From Candidatus Nomurabacteria bacterium (lineage in GTDB: Bacteria; Patescibacteriota; Minisyncoccia; Phycocordibacterales; UBA9973): a DNA stretch of 64,000 nt. Positions within the stretch are counted from its first letter, which is position 1. Every line of letters begins with the position of its first letter. Position numbers and translations under genes: made by a program. Below the pieces are notes generated by a model. The model was not told the origin of the DNA. It ran no database searches and saw nothing but the letters and a program-made list of their open reading frames with translations. The stretch is taken from positions 6,687 to 70,686 of the forward strand of contig JBPOHQ010000004.1 of NCBI GenBank assembly GCA_052035405.1. Direction: 5' to 3'. Shown here piece by piece: positions 38,433-47,192 of this stretch.

Positions 38433-39845
38433 CTACTTCGTTAATTTTATACCGAGTTCTTTGAGTTGTTTCTCAGCTACTTCACTTGGGGAATTCATCA
38501 TAAGGTCTTTACCTTCACCTGTCTTTGGGAAAGCTATGACTTCGCGGATATTAGGTTCATTTTCCATAAGCATCATAAATCTATCAAACCCCCAAGCAAT
38601 ACCACCATGAGGAGGGCATCCGGAGCCGAGAGCTTGTAGCATATGACTAAAGTTCTTCTGTATTCTTTCTGCTGGGTAACCCATTATCTCGAAAACTTTT
38701 TTCAAAGCTTCTGGTTCATGATTTCTGATACTTCCTCCACCTATTTCATATCCATTTAGAATAATGTCGTATTGAGTAGTTAAAATATCTCCGATATCTT
38801 TTTTGTTCATGAGCATTTCCATGTGTTCATTCTGTGGTCGAGAGAAAGGGTTATGTGTGAAAGTCCACTCACCTTCTGCCTGAGGATTGTCTGATTTATC
38901 AGTCCTCTCAAAGAAAGGAAAGTCTACCACCCAACCAAACGCGAGGAGGTCTTTATCTTCTTTATCTTTTCTAAAATCAGGTCGGTCGTTGCCATATTTT
39001 TCCATTGCTTCTTTGTACGTAATTCTAGGGAAAGGAATTTCTTGGATTTTTTTATGAGGATATAAAGTTTGCACGATATTTATAAGCAACGCTTCATTTA
39101 CTGCCATAACGTCTTCTCTCTCAACAAAACTCATTTCCATATCAAGCTGAGTGAACTCTGGTTGTCTATCACCTCGAGTATCTTCATCACGCATACATCG
39201 TGCTACTTGGAAATATCTTTCTGCGCCGGAAGCCATTAAGAGCTGCTTGTATTGCTGAGGTGACTGAGGAAGAGCATAAAAAGTACCTTGCCAGATACGT
39301 GAAGGAACGATGTAGTCTCGTGCTCCTTCAGGAGTAGACTTAGTAAGTATTGGAGTCTCTACTTCTATAAAATTTTCTTTATCGAGGTAATCACGAACGA
39401 ATTTTATAACTTTATGTCTGTTGCGAATATTTTTTTGCATTCGAGGACGTCGAAGGTCAAGGTATCGATAAGTAAGTCTGTTTTCCTCACCAACTTCATA
39501 CCCTTCTGTAGTTACATCAAAGTTTGGAGTCTCTGCTTTATTTAATACTTCTATACCAGTAACTTCGAGCTCTACATCACCATTTACTACACCAGCCTTA
39601 ATATTCTTCTCAGGACGCTTGTTAACTATACCTGTAACCTTTAAAACCCACTCAGGACGGATTTCTTTAGCTTTCTCTATAGCTTCTACGTGATTAGGTA
39701 ATGTGACGCATTGTACGAGTCCTGACATATCTCGCATATCAAAGAAAACCATTTTACCTTGGTCACGACGCACATCTACCCAACCTGAAATACTAATCTC
39801 TTCCCCTACTTTACTACTCAAATCTTTTATTAAAATTCTAGTCAT
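38433..39845 (-). CDS. aspS: Aspartate-tRNA ligase, bacterial type lacking the GAD insertion
   Basis: RYLDLRRP, TPEGARDY, LPQSPQ, DRQPEFTQLD, PPHGG..G.DR. Confidence 0.96.
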   Translation of the reverse strand: MTRILIKDLSSKVGEEISISGWVDVRRDQGKMVFFDMRDMSGLVQCVTLPNHVEAIEKAKEIRPEWVLKVTGIVNKRPEKNIKAGVVNGDVELEVTGIEVLNKAETPNFDVTTEGYEVGEENRLTYRYLDLRRPRMQKNIRNRHKVIKFVRDYLDKENFIEVETPILTKSTPEGARDYIVPSRIWQGTFYALPQSPQQYKQLLMASGAERYFQVARCMRDEDTRGDRQPEFTQLDMEMSFVEREDVMAVNEALLINIVQTLYPHKKIQEIPFPRITYKEAMEKYGNDRPDFRKDKEDKDLLAFGWVVDFPFFERTDKSDNPQAEGEWTFTHNPFSRPQNEHMEMLMNKKDIGDILTTQYDIILNGYEIGGGSIRNHEPEALKKVFEIMGYPAERIQKNFSHMLQALGSGCPPHGGIAWGFDRFMMLMENEPNIREVIAFPKTGEGKDLMMNSPSEVAEKQLKELGIKLTK

Positions 39846-39861
39846 GTTATTTATCTTGGAG

Positions 39862-40002
39862 AAAACAAAAATCGCCTCTCCAAACTTATCCCAATTTAAC
39901 TAACAGTGATAAATTTGCAGGGGCGATCTTTGTCGCGGTGCCACCCTACTTTTGACTCTTTAAAACATTAGCCTCCCCAGTTGTCAGTTGGATCAATGGC
40001 TA
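39862..40002 (-). promoter_or_regulatory. T-box riboswitch (Asp specifier GAC) with terminator, upstream of aspS
   Basis: AGGGTGGCACCGCG T-box; antiterminator GTAGGG/CCCTGC and GCGA/TCGC; stem I TAGCC..GAT-CCA-ACTGACAAC-TGG-GGA-GGCTA; terminator ATCGCC.../...GGCGAT + T run. Confidence 0.88.
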
Positions 40003-40089
40003 TATACATATAATAACATACTGTTTGTCTTTTACAAGAAGTTGATTTTTAAAAAAATGATACAATGCTAATAATAAAATTTGTTCATT

Positions 40090-40227
40090 ATGGCAAAAGT
40101 GATAAAAAAAGGAGTTAAGTTGGATAAAAAATTCCGGCTAACTTCACCGCCGCCGGAAACTCCGATACAACAACCTCCTACACCTCCTCCACCACCGGTG
40201 GACCCCAAACAACTAAAACTATTTTAA
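40090..40227 (+). CDS. 45-aa basic, Pro-rich microprotein ending QLKLF
   Basis: TGATACAAT -10 upstream; own terminator downstream. Confidence 0.7.
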   Translation: MAKVIKKGVKLDKKFRLTSPPPETPIQQPPTPPPPPVDPKQLKLF

Positions 40228-40231
40228 CTCC

Positions 40232-40258
40232 GCCGGGCAGCAATGCCCGGCATTTTTT
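40232..40258 (+). terminator. Intrinsic terminator
   Basis: GCCGGGCA-GCAA-TGCCCGGC + T run. Confidence 0.88.
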
Positions 40259-40284
40259 ATAAACACATTTTTTAAATTTATTAC

Positions 40285-41289
40285 TTAGATAGAATTAAGT
40301 AAGAATTTTTTCCAGTTACTAAATATTATTTTATCAACTTCTTCCGTTGAATATATTTTCTCTAGCTCTTTAATTATATTGATGTAATTACTTGTGTCTT
40401 TGATCTCTGGTACATATTGAGGCCAAGACATTCCATCAAAATCAGATCCAAACGCAACATGATCAATACCACATATATCAACGGCGTGTTTAATATGAGC
40501 CACTACATCATCAAGAGTTGCATCTTCAAATTTTTTATTTAAGAATTCTGGAACAAAAGCAATACCTAATACACCACCTCTTTCAGCAACAGCTTTAAGT
40601 TGTTCGTCGTCAAGATTTCTACGGTGAGAATTTAATGCAAGAGTACAAGTATGCGAGTTCATAACTGGACCCTTAAATATTTTTAAAGCATCCCAAAAAA
40701 GAGTTTTGTTCATATGTGCGGTATCAAGAATCATGCCAAGCTCGTCCATCTTCTCCAGAAGCCTTCTACCATTTTCAGTCAGTCCATTGTCAGTATCTGT
40801 ACCTCCTCCAAATTGATTGTCTCTGTTCCAAACAATACCGACCATTCGAAGACCCTTATCATACAGTGACTCAATATTACTTAAAGTTACGTCTATCCCT
40901 ATAGCATCTTCTACTAACATCACAAGCCCTAAAACATTTTCATTATTCAACACAAAATCCAGGTCAGTTTTAGATTTTATTATCTTTACTTTTCCTTCAC
41001 TCTTGTGTTCTAAATTGTTGTAAAAATCTAATTGCCTAGAAGTTTCTTCTTGAGCAAATTTCAAGTCTGTAAATATTTTTCCATCATTTAAAGCATAAGG
41101 GAAAGAAACACCAAACACTATTTTTACCCCTGAATTTGACAAACGTACGTAGTCTGATTGATTAAGTCTTGGTGCAGACAAAAGATTACTTTGATCAAAA
41201 GTATTTTCTACTAAAAAGTCTTTACCAGTTATGTGCATCGAGTTAAAAGAAATATCCTGATGTGCGTCTATTATTTTGTATTTGCTCAT
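40285..41289 (-). CDS. Membrane dipeptidase (peptidase M19)
   Basis: IDAHQD, D.AH, NSH, RNLDDEQ, DHVAFGSDFDG. Confidence 0.93.
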   Translation of the reverse strand: MSKYKIIDAHQDISFNSMHITGKDFLVENTFDQSNLLSAPRLNQSDYVRLSNSGVKIVFGVSFPYALNDGKIFTDLKFAQEETSRQLDFYNNLEHKSEGKVKIIKSKTDLDFVLNNENVLGLVMLVEDAIGIDVTLSNIESLYDKGLRMVGIVWNRDNQFGGGTDTDNGLTENGRRLLEKMDELGMILDTAHMNKTLFWDALKIFKGPVMNSHTCTLALNSHRRNLDDEQLKAVAERGGVLGIAFVPEFLNKKFEDATLDDVVAHIKHAVDICGIDHVAFGSDFDGMSWPQYVPEIKDTSNYINIIKELEKIYSTEEVDKIIFSNWKKFLLNSI

Positions 41290-41320
41290 ATCTTTATATT
41301 ACTTATATTTATAAAAAAAT

Positions 41321-41354
41321 AAAGGGTACTGCTACTTACTGAGCAATACCCTTT
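41321..41354 (-). terminator. Terminator after the 459-aa gene
   Basis: AAAGGGTA...TACCCTTT imperfect hairpin. Confidence 0.6.
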
Positions 41355-41381
41355 TAGTTATAGGATTAAAAAATAAAACAC

Positions 41382-42761
41382 TTAAGTAACTTTCACCAGA
41401 TTAGTAATCTCTTCAAAAGTCATGTTCATAAGGGGTTGAACAACCCCTTTAGGAACATGGTCACCATTCAATAAATCAAATTGACTAAAACCTCTGCGTT
41501 GCTCCAGTAATTCCCTGAAATTTTTTCTTTCCAGAACAAATCCTGGGTTTACAATTTCTTTACTCCAAAGAAGTAAGCGGGCACGTTCATTTTCCGCTGC
41601 CCTAATTTCTTCAACAGAAGAATTATCTGTTAAGCCACTTAAAACAGTTGAAAGTCCACTATTTAACTCTACCCTTTGTTGATGAAGATTAATTAATTTA
41701 ATTACACTTTCAAACAATTCCTCTTCTGCATTACAAGGAAGAAATTTGAATGTTCCTCCTGGAAGGATTGTATGGCCCATATATTTTGGCAACCATTTAA
41801 ACTTTCCGCTCTGAAGCAGGGCTTTGTACATGCGATCAAGCACGTCTCTGAGCGGTTGACTTTTAGTGTAGTTAATCATATCTACACCAGACATAGTGTA
41901 AGTATCACCAACATCTTGATACTCGAGTGAGGACTGTATTTGCTGCCAATAGCAGACAATCGAATCCAGTAAGATCACCGCCTCTTTGATTGGGAAAAAT
42001 CCGGTTGCTGGAAGCAAACAGTCATTCCTGATCATTTGTGCATGTTGTCCTTTCATAATCAAGAACTCCTCAACATCACTAACCTTTCCTGGTAAATCTA
42101 CTCGGGTGACAATTCCTTCCGCAGATATGTGACGGTCAAAAATACCATTGCGTTGATCATATCCCTGTAAAATCCACTGTTCATTTTCTATCAAAATCTG
42201 AAAGAAATCATGGACCCAAGGAAAATTGAGTAAATCTGCATCAAGTATTACATTTTCTGGGCCAAGTGCCTGTTTTTTCGCTAAGTGATGTACGCTTGCT
42301 AAATTGGTATGTCCTGCAAAATTTTTTGCAGCAATATATCCATTGCTCGTGATTGCCTGTTGGCTTAATCTTAAGTAGGGTGACAAAACAGCATGCTGCT
42401 GTACAGCACAATTATGTTTTGAGTAACCTTCTTTAACAATTTCTGGTTCGTCTGCATAATCTACAAGAGATTGATTGCCCATATAGTCACAAATTTTTAC
42501 CCCCATAAAAGGATAGATATTGTTGGACGGCCAATGGAGGCCCACATGTGGCGTGGCACGGATTTCTATTCCGGCTTTCGTCAGTTGTAAAATTTGGTTA
42601 GGAGTTAGTTTATGGGACTGTGCACCCCATGGGTTTTTCCCATCAACCCCAATCAAAAAAAAGTTCTGGGATTGAAGTTTAAGAGTTTCAAAAGTGATTA
42701 GTTGAGGATTTTGATTACCCTTAGTTGGGCGCTGTGGGAAAAGAAGTGATAGACGGCTCAT
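41382..42761 (-). CDS. 459-aa hypothetical protein (possible HUP/class I aaRS-like fold)
   Basis: Long ORF; ATPHVG and SGVDMINY are only weak motif hints. Confidence 0.75.
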   Translation of the reverse strand: MSRLSLLFPQRPTKGNQNPQLITFETLKLQSQNFFLIGVDGKNPWGAQSHKLTPNQILQLTKAGIEIRATPHVGLHWPSNNIYPFMGVKICDYMGNQSLVDYADEPEIVKEGYSKHNCAVQQHAVLSPYLRLSQQAITSNGYIAAKNFAGHTNLASVHHLAKKQALGPENVILDADLLNFPWVHDFFQILIENEQWILQGYDQRNGIFDRHISAEGIVTRVDLPGKVSDVEEFLIMKGQHAQMIRNDCLLPATGFFPIKEAVILLDSIVCYWQQIQSSLEYQDVGDTYTMSGVDMINYTKSQPLRDVLDRMYKALLQSGKFKWLPKYMGHTILPGGTFKFLPCNAEEELFESVIKLINLHQQRVELNSGLSTVLSGLTDNSSVEEIRAAENERARLLLWSKEIVNPGFVLERKNFRELLEQRRGFSQFDLLNGDHVPKGVVQPLMNMTFEEITNLVKVT

Positions 42762-42798
42762 ATTTATGTTGTTTTATTTTTTAGATGTGAAAGAACAG

Positions 42799-42825
42799 AA
42801 AATCCTTGAAGTGTTCAAGGATTTT
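42799..42825 (-). terminator. Attenuator terminator upstream of the 459-aa gene
   Basis: AAAATCCTTGAA-CAC-TTCAAGGATTTT. Confidence 0.8.
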
Positions 42826-42860
42826 TGTTTATTTTCTTCTTAAAACTTTTTTAGAAAAAA

Positions 42861-42974
42861 TCAAACACTAACCCTCGAACTAAATGTAAAATACACCCAC
42901 ACGAATAGCAGGTTAGCAATAATAAACATTGCATTTTCTTTTATATTTATTGTTCGACTTGTGTCTAATTGCAT
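42861..42974 (-). CDS. 37-aa leader peptide with aromatic cluster
   Basis: MQLDTSRTINIKENAMFIIANLLFVWVYFTFSSRVSV*; its 3' end is complementary to the terminator 5' arm. Confidence 0.65.
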   Translation of the reverse strand: MQLDTSRTINIKENAMFIIANLLFVWVYFTFSSRVSV

Positions 42975-43004
42975 ACTTATGTGTAGTATATAAAATAATA
43001 AGTT

Positions 43005-43955
43005 TTAGTCAATACTCACTCCAATTTTATCTTTCACTTCCTTCATCTTTGCCTCAGCTACCTTCTTAGCCTTTTCACCCCCTGCTTTTAGTATTGCTAT
43101 AGCACTCGGAATATCTTTCTCAAATTCTTTACGTCGTTCACGCATCGGTGCGATGAATTTTTCAAGGTCTTCTACTAGAGCTTCTTTGAGTATTTTATAC
43201 TTACCTTTATTTGCTTCATATAGTTCCTTTAGTTCACTTTCTGAACGAATGAGTTTGTGTATAGCATATACATTTGTAGGTACATCTCCTCCAGAATCAG
43301 TCACGATACCCATAACGCATTTTTTTATCTCTTCATATTCTGCAAAAAGCGGAATAGTGTTTCCGTAACTCTTAGACATCTTTCTGCCATCTGTTCCAGG
43401 AACTATAGCTACATCTTTCATTATTTTATGCTCCGGTAATTTGAATGTCTCTCCAAATGCGTTGTTGAATTTAAGTGCAATGTCTCGTGCAATCTCCACA
43501 TGCTGTTGTTGATCTGCACCGACTGGCACAACTTGAGTATTATAAAGTAGTATATCTGAAGTCATAAGAACTGGATAATTAAAAGTACCAACGTCTATTT
43601 CTTTATTTTTTGCTTCAGCATCCTTAAAAGCATGTGCTCGCATAAGATACGGCATGGTTACCAAAGTATCAAAAATCCAAGTAAGCTCAGTATGCTCTGA
43701 AACAGAGCTCTGTTGAAAGAATGTTGCTTTTCTAGGATCGAGCCCTATCGATAAAAAATCTAAAAGAACTGATGTAATATTTTCTCGCATTGCTCTTGGT
43801 TCTCTTAGCGAGTGTAATGCGTGATAGTCTGCAATCATCATAAAACAGTCATACTCATCTTGAAGATCAACGAGTTGTTTCATCATGCCAAAATAATTAC
43901 CAATATGTGGTTTTCCAGAAGGTTGAATTCCTGACAACAATACTTTTTTAGACAT
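43005..43955 (-). CDS. trpS: Tryptophan-tRNA ligase
   Basis: SGIQPSG.PHIGNY, VPVG.DQ.QH, KMSKS. Confidence 0.97.
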   Translation of the reverse strand: MSKKVLLSGIQPSGKPHIGNYFGMMKQLVDLQDEYDCFMMIADYHALHSLREPRAMRENITSVLLDFLSIGLDPRKATFFQQSSVSEHTELTWIFDTLVTMPYLMRAHAFKDAEAKNKEIDVGTFNYPVLMTSDILLYNTQVVPVGADQQQHVEIARDIALKFNNAFGETFKLPEHKIMKDVAIVPGTDGRKMSKSYGNTIPLFAEYEEIKKCVMGIVTDSGGDVPTNVYAIHKLIRSESELKELYEANKGKYKILKEALVEDLEKFIAPMRERRKEFEKDIPSAIAILKAGGEKAKKVAEAKMKEVKDKIGVSID

Positions 43956-43994
43956 AAGAATATATTAACACATTTAAACCAGACGGACTATAGA

Positions 43995-44204
43995 TTATTC
44001 AGTATATTGAATAAACGACGCCCCAATCTTAAAGGGGCTAGATACTATAATAATAAGCCATTTCAAGGCATGATACGCCCAGAAATTATCTTCTTGAATC
44101 CATTTATTAACTTCGTCAACCAACATATAAGAACCCATGGAGATAAACATACATGGCAGGCCGATAGTCACAAGTAGTAATAGTTTTAAGATTGTTGAAA
44201 TCAT
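43995..44204 (-). CDS. Small membrane hypothetical protein
   Basis: Two hydrophobic segments; fills an intergenic gap. Confidence 0.55.
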   Translation of the reverse strand: MISTILKLLLLVTIGLPCMFISMGSYMLVDEVNKWIQEDNFWAYHALKWLIIIVSSPFKIGASFIQYTE

Positions 44205-44347
44205 TTTTGTATAGTTACAATATATTGTAAGATTTATCAGTTTTTGTCAATCAAAAGCAGTAATAGCTAGCTTTAAACATTATCTATTTTAATCCACACT
44301 TTAACCACAGATTTATACTTTGACTCCATCTCTTCCTAGCTGCTAAA

Positions 44348-45748
44348 ATGACTCTAATGAATCGAAACAAAAAAGATAGTGTTCGTATCCCACCTCAAAG
44401 TATTTCTTCTGAACAAGCAGTGCTTGGTTCTATTATGCTTCGCAAAGATGCAATTCAAGAAGTTGAAGAAGTAGTTACACCGGACTCTTTTTATGTAGAA
44501 AAACATAAAAAAATATTTCAAGCCATGCTTGATCTATATCTTAAAAACGAACCTATAGACATGCTCTCCCTTTCTACAAAACTTGAAGAGAGAAAACAAC
44601 TCGAAATGATTGGTGGCAATAATTACCTCGCTGAGTTGGTAAACGTAGTTCCTTCATCATTAAATGTTAAACACTATTCTGAGATAGTTCAAAAGAAATA
44701 CGTACTCCGAAGTCTCATTGATGCAGCCGATTATGTCGCTGAACTCGCTTTTGAAGAAAATGATGACCATATGGACGATATACTAGACATGGCAGAAAAA
44801 AAGATGTTTGCTGTTGTTTCTAGTCCTAAAAATCAAAAATATGTCAGCATGAAAAACGCTCTCCCTGAAGCATGGGAAAGACTGGAAAAGCTTCATGAAC
44901 ATAAAGGTGGACTTCGTGGTGTGGCTACTGGATTTAAGGATCTAGATAGTATTCTCTCTGGTTTTCAAAATTCAGATCTTATTATTCTTGCTGCTCGCCC
45001 TTCTGTCGGTAAAACAACGCTTGCCCTTGATATCGCTCGTATGTCGGCTGTAAATGAAGAAAAGTCTGTACTTATATTTTCTCTTGAAATGTCCTCACAA
45101 CAACTCGTAGACAGAATGCTTTCTGCTCAGTCACGAGTAAATGCATGGAATCTAAGGACTGGTAGATTGAATTCCGATCATGATTTTTCACAACTTCGTG
45201 ACTCTCTTGATAAGCTTGCAAAAGCAAAGATATATATAGATGACCAACCAGGAAACTCTATTGTAAAAATGAAAGCACTATCTCGTAGAATTAAAGCTGA
45301 GAAAGGGCTTGATATGATTATAGTTGATTACTTGCAGCTCATGACTACTTCTAAAAATTATGACTCTATGGTAAATCAGGTAACAGAAATTTCACGCTCA
45401 CTTAAGAGTCTAGCAAAAGAGCTCGATGTACCAGTAGTCGCACTTTCTCAGCTTTCTCGTGCGGTGGAGTCTCGTGGTGGTAAACCTCGCCTCTCTGACC
45501 TTCGTGACTCTGGATCCATCGAACAGGATGCGGACGTGGTGATGTTCATCCACCGTGAAGATAAAGGAAAGAGTGAAATGGAACAGACAAATATCGCAGA
45601 GATACTTATCGAAAAACACAGAAATGGTCCTACTGGTGCAGTTGAACTTTACTTTGATGCAAAAACTACAACCTTCTTAAACTTAGAAAAAAGTAACTTA
45701 AGTGAATTTGCTCCTTCTAAGATGAGTGGAGGGTTAGATGATTTTTAA
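44348..45748 (+). CDS. dnaB: Replicative DNA helicase
   Basis: EQAVLGS, AARPSVGKT, VDYLQL, LSDLRDSGSIEQDAD. Confidence 0.98.
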   Translation: MTLMNRNKKDSVRIPPQSISSEQAVLGSIMLRKDAIQEVEEVVTPDSFYVEKHKKIFQAMLDLYLKNEPIDMLSLSTKLEERKQLEMIGGNNYLAELVNVVPSSLNVKHYSEIVQKKYVLRSLIDAADYVAELAFEENDDHMDDILDMAEKKMFAVVSSPKNQKYVSMKNALPEAWERLEKLHEHKGGLRGVATGFKDLDSILSGFQNSDLIILAARPSVGKTTLALDIARMSAVNEEKSVLIFSLEMSSQQLVDRMLSAQSRVNAWNLRTGRLNSDHDFSQLRDSLDKLAKAKIYIDDQPGNSIVKMKALSRRIKAEKGLDMIIVDYLQLMTTSKNYDSMVNQVTEISRSLKSLAKELDVPVVALSQLSRAVESRGGKPRLSDLRDSGSIEQDADVVMFIHREDKGKSEMEQTNIAEILIEKHRNGPTGAVELYFDAKTTTFLNLEKSNLSEFAPSKMSGGLDDF

Positions 45749-45757
45749 TGATACAAA

Positions 45758-46369
45758 ATGGACGTAATAGATAAACTAACAGAAGTATTTAAAGAATTTC
45801 CAGGGATTGGAGAGCGACAAGCTAGACGTTTTGTGTATTTTCTCATGTCTCGAAACGGTGAGTATTCAGGAAATTTATCTAAGCTGGTTTTAGAATTAAA
45901 GAAAGAAATCACTCAATGTAAGGAGTGCTTCCGATTTTTCATCTTAAATAATTCACATGAGAGTATTTGTGAAATTTGTAAAAATCCAAATACAGACGCC
46001 ACAACTCTTATGGTTGTTGAAAAAGATTCTGATTTAGAGAGTATGAAAAAAAGTAGAATGTATGCAGGGAAATACTTTGTCCTGGGAGGACTCGTTCCTA
46101 TCATTGAAAAAAGTACCCCTACTCGTGTACGTATAAATGAATTAATTCAAACAATCTCCAAAAATAAAAATTTAAAAGAAATAATACTAGCCTTTTCTAT
46201 GTCTCCTCAGGGAGATCATACTGATTTTTATATTAGAAATGAGATACAAACTAGAATACCAGAAATAAATACTAAAATATCTTCTTTAGGTCGCGGACTA
46301 TCTACTGGGACTGAGTTAGAATATTCTGATAATGAAACCTTAAAGAATGCACTAAAAAATAGACAGTAA
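45758..46369 (+). CDS. recR: Recombination mediator RecR
   Basis: PGIG.R.A.R, C4 zinc finger, Toprim domain, G.ELEY.D..TL. Confidence 0.95.
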   Translation: MDVIDKLTEVFKEFPGIGERQARRFVYFLMSRNGEYSGNLSKLVLELKKEITQCKECFRFFILNNSHESICEICKNPNTDATTLMVVEKDSDLESMKKSRMYAGKYFVLGGLVPIIEKSTPTRVRINELIQTISKNKNLKEIILAFSMSPQGDHTDFYIRNEIQTRIPEINTKISSLGRGLSTGTELEYSDNETLKNALKNRQ

Positions 46370-46407
46370 GGTTTATTTGTGTTAGATTTTTTGTGAAATT
46401 GTAAAAT

Positions 46408-46650
46408 ATGGAAGTAATATTAGAGCTTATAAAAGCTCATCCGTATTTCTTTTCGGGGTTCATTGGATCTGTGATCTATGTAATAGGTATAACAGAAAAA
46501 AATGAGCCAATTGATCATATCTATATATTGGGGGCCGTTGGTTTCCTAATCTTAGGTACCCTTTTCTTTCCTTTAGGATGGATCGGGGCAATTTTTGTTA
46601 TTCTAGCCAATTATCTTGTCTGGAAGAATAAAAATAAAGATCAAAACTAG
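46408..46650 (+). CDS. Small membrane hypothetical protein
   Basis: Hydrophobic 80-aa ORF. Confidence 0.6.
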   Translation: MEVILELIKAHPYFFSGFIGSVIYVIGITEKNEPIDHIYILGAVGFLILGTLFFPLGWIGAIFVILANYLVWKNKNKDQN

Positions 46651-46728
46651 AAAAGACTCGCTCTACTAGCGAGTAAGCAAATAAGCAGCTGTGTTTAGTT
46701 AGGGACTAAACACAGAAAAAACAAGAAA

Positions 46729-46761
46729 AAAATGTCCTCCTTTTTCAAGGAAGACATTTTT
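46729..46761. terminator. Terminator at the rplU 3' end
   Basis: AAAATGTCCTCCTT...AAGGAAGACATTTT. Confidence 0.65.
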
Positions 46762-47078
46762 TATTTTATAGAAGTTATTTTTACTTTAAAGAATGGTTGT
46801 CTGTGGCCGTTTCTGCGTAGGTATCTGGATTTTTGTTTATATTTAACAACTAAAACTTTCTTTGCTCGGCCTATTTCTGTAATTTCTGCACTTACTTTTG
46901 CACCAGTTATATAAGGAGTTCCAATAGTAGTATTTTTACCATCGTCTACTAATAAAACCTTATCAAAAACAAGCTTATCCCCTACAGCGTATTCACCCTT
47001 TATTTTCTCAACAGAAAGGACAGAGCCTAGAGAGACCTTGTATTGCTTTCCACCTGTTTTTATTACTGCAAATTCCAT
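46761..47078 (-). CDS. rplU: 50S ribosomal protein L21
   Basis: FAVIKTGGKQYKV, GHRQ; start ATG 47078. Confidence 0.97.
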   Translation of the reverse strand: MEFAVIKTGGKQYKVSLGSVLSVEKIKGEYAVGDKLVFDKVLLVDDGKNTTIGTPYITGAKVSAEITEIGRAKKVLVVKYKQKSRYLRRNGHRQPFFKVKITSIK

Positions 47079-47192
47079 AGGGTCTATAATATACGAAAGC
47101 CTATAAAAATGCAAGTATTGCAGGTTGTGGAGTAAATAAGGTCTATACAAAAAAAGCTTCCACCAGCATTTGTCTATGGTATAATATGCCAT

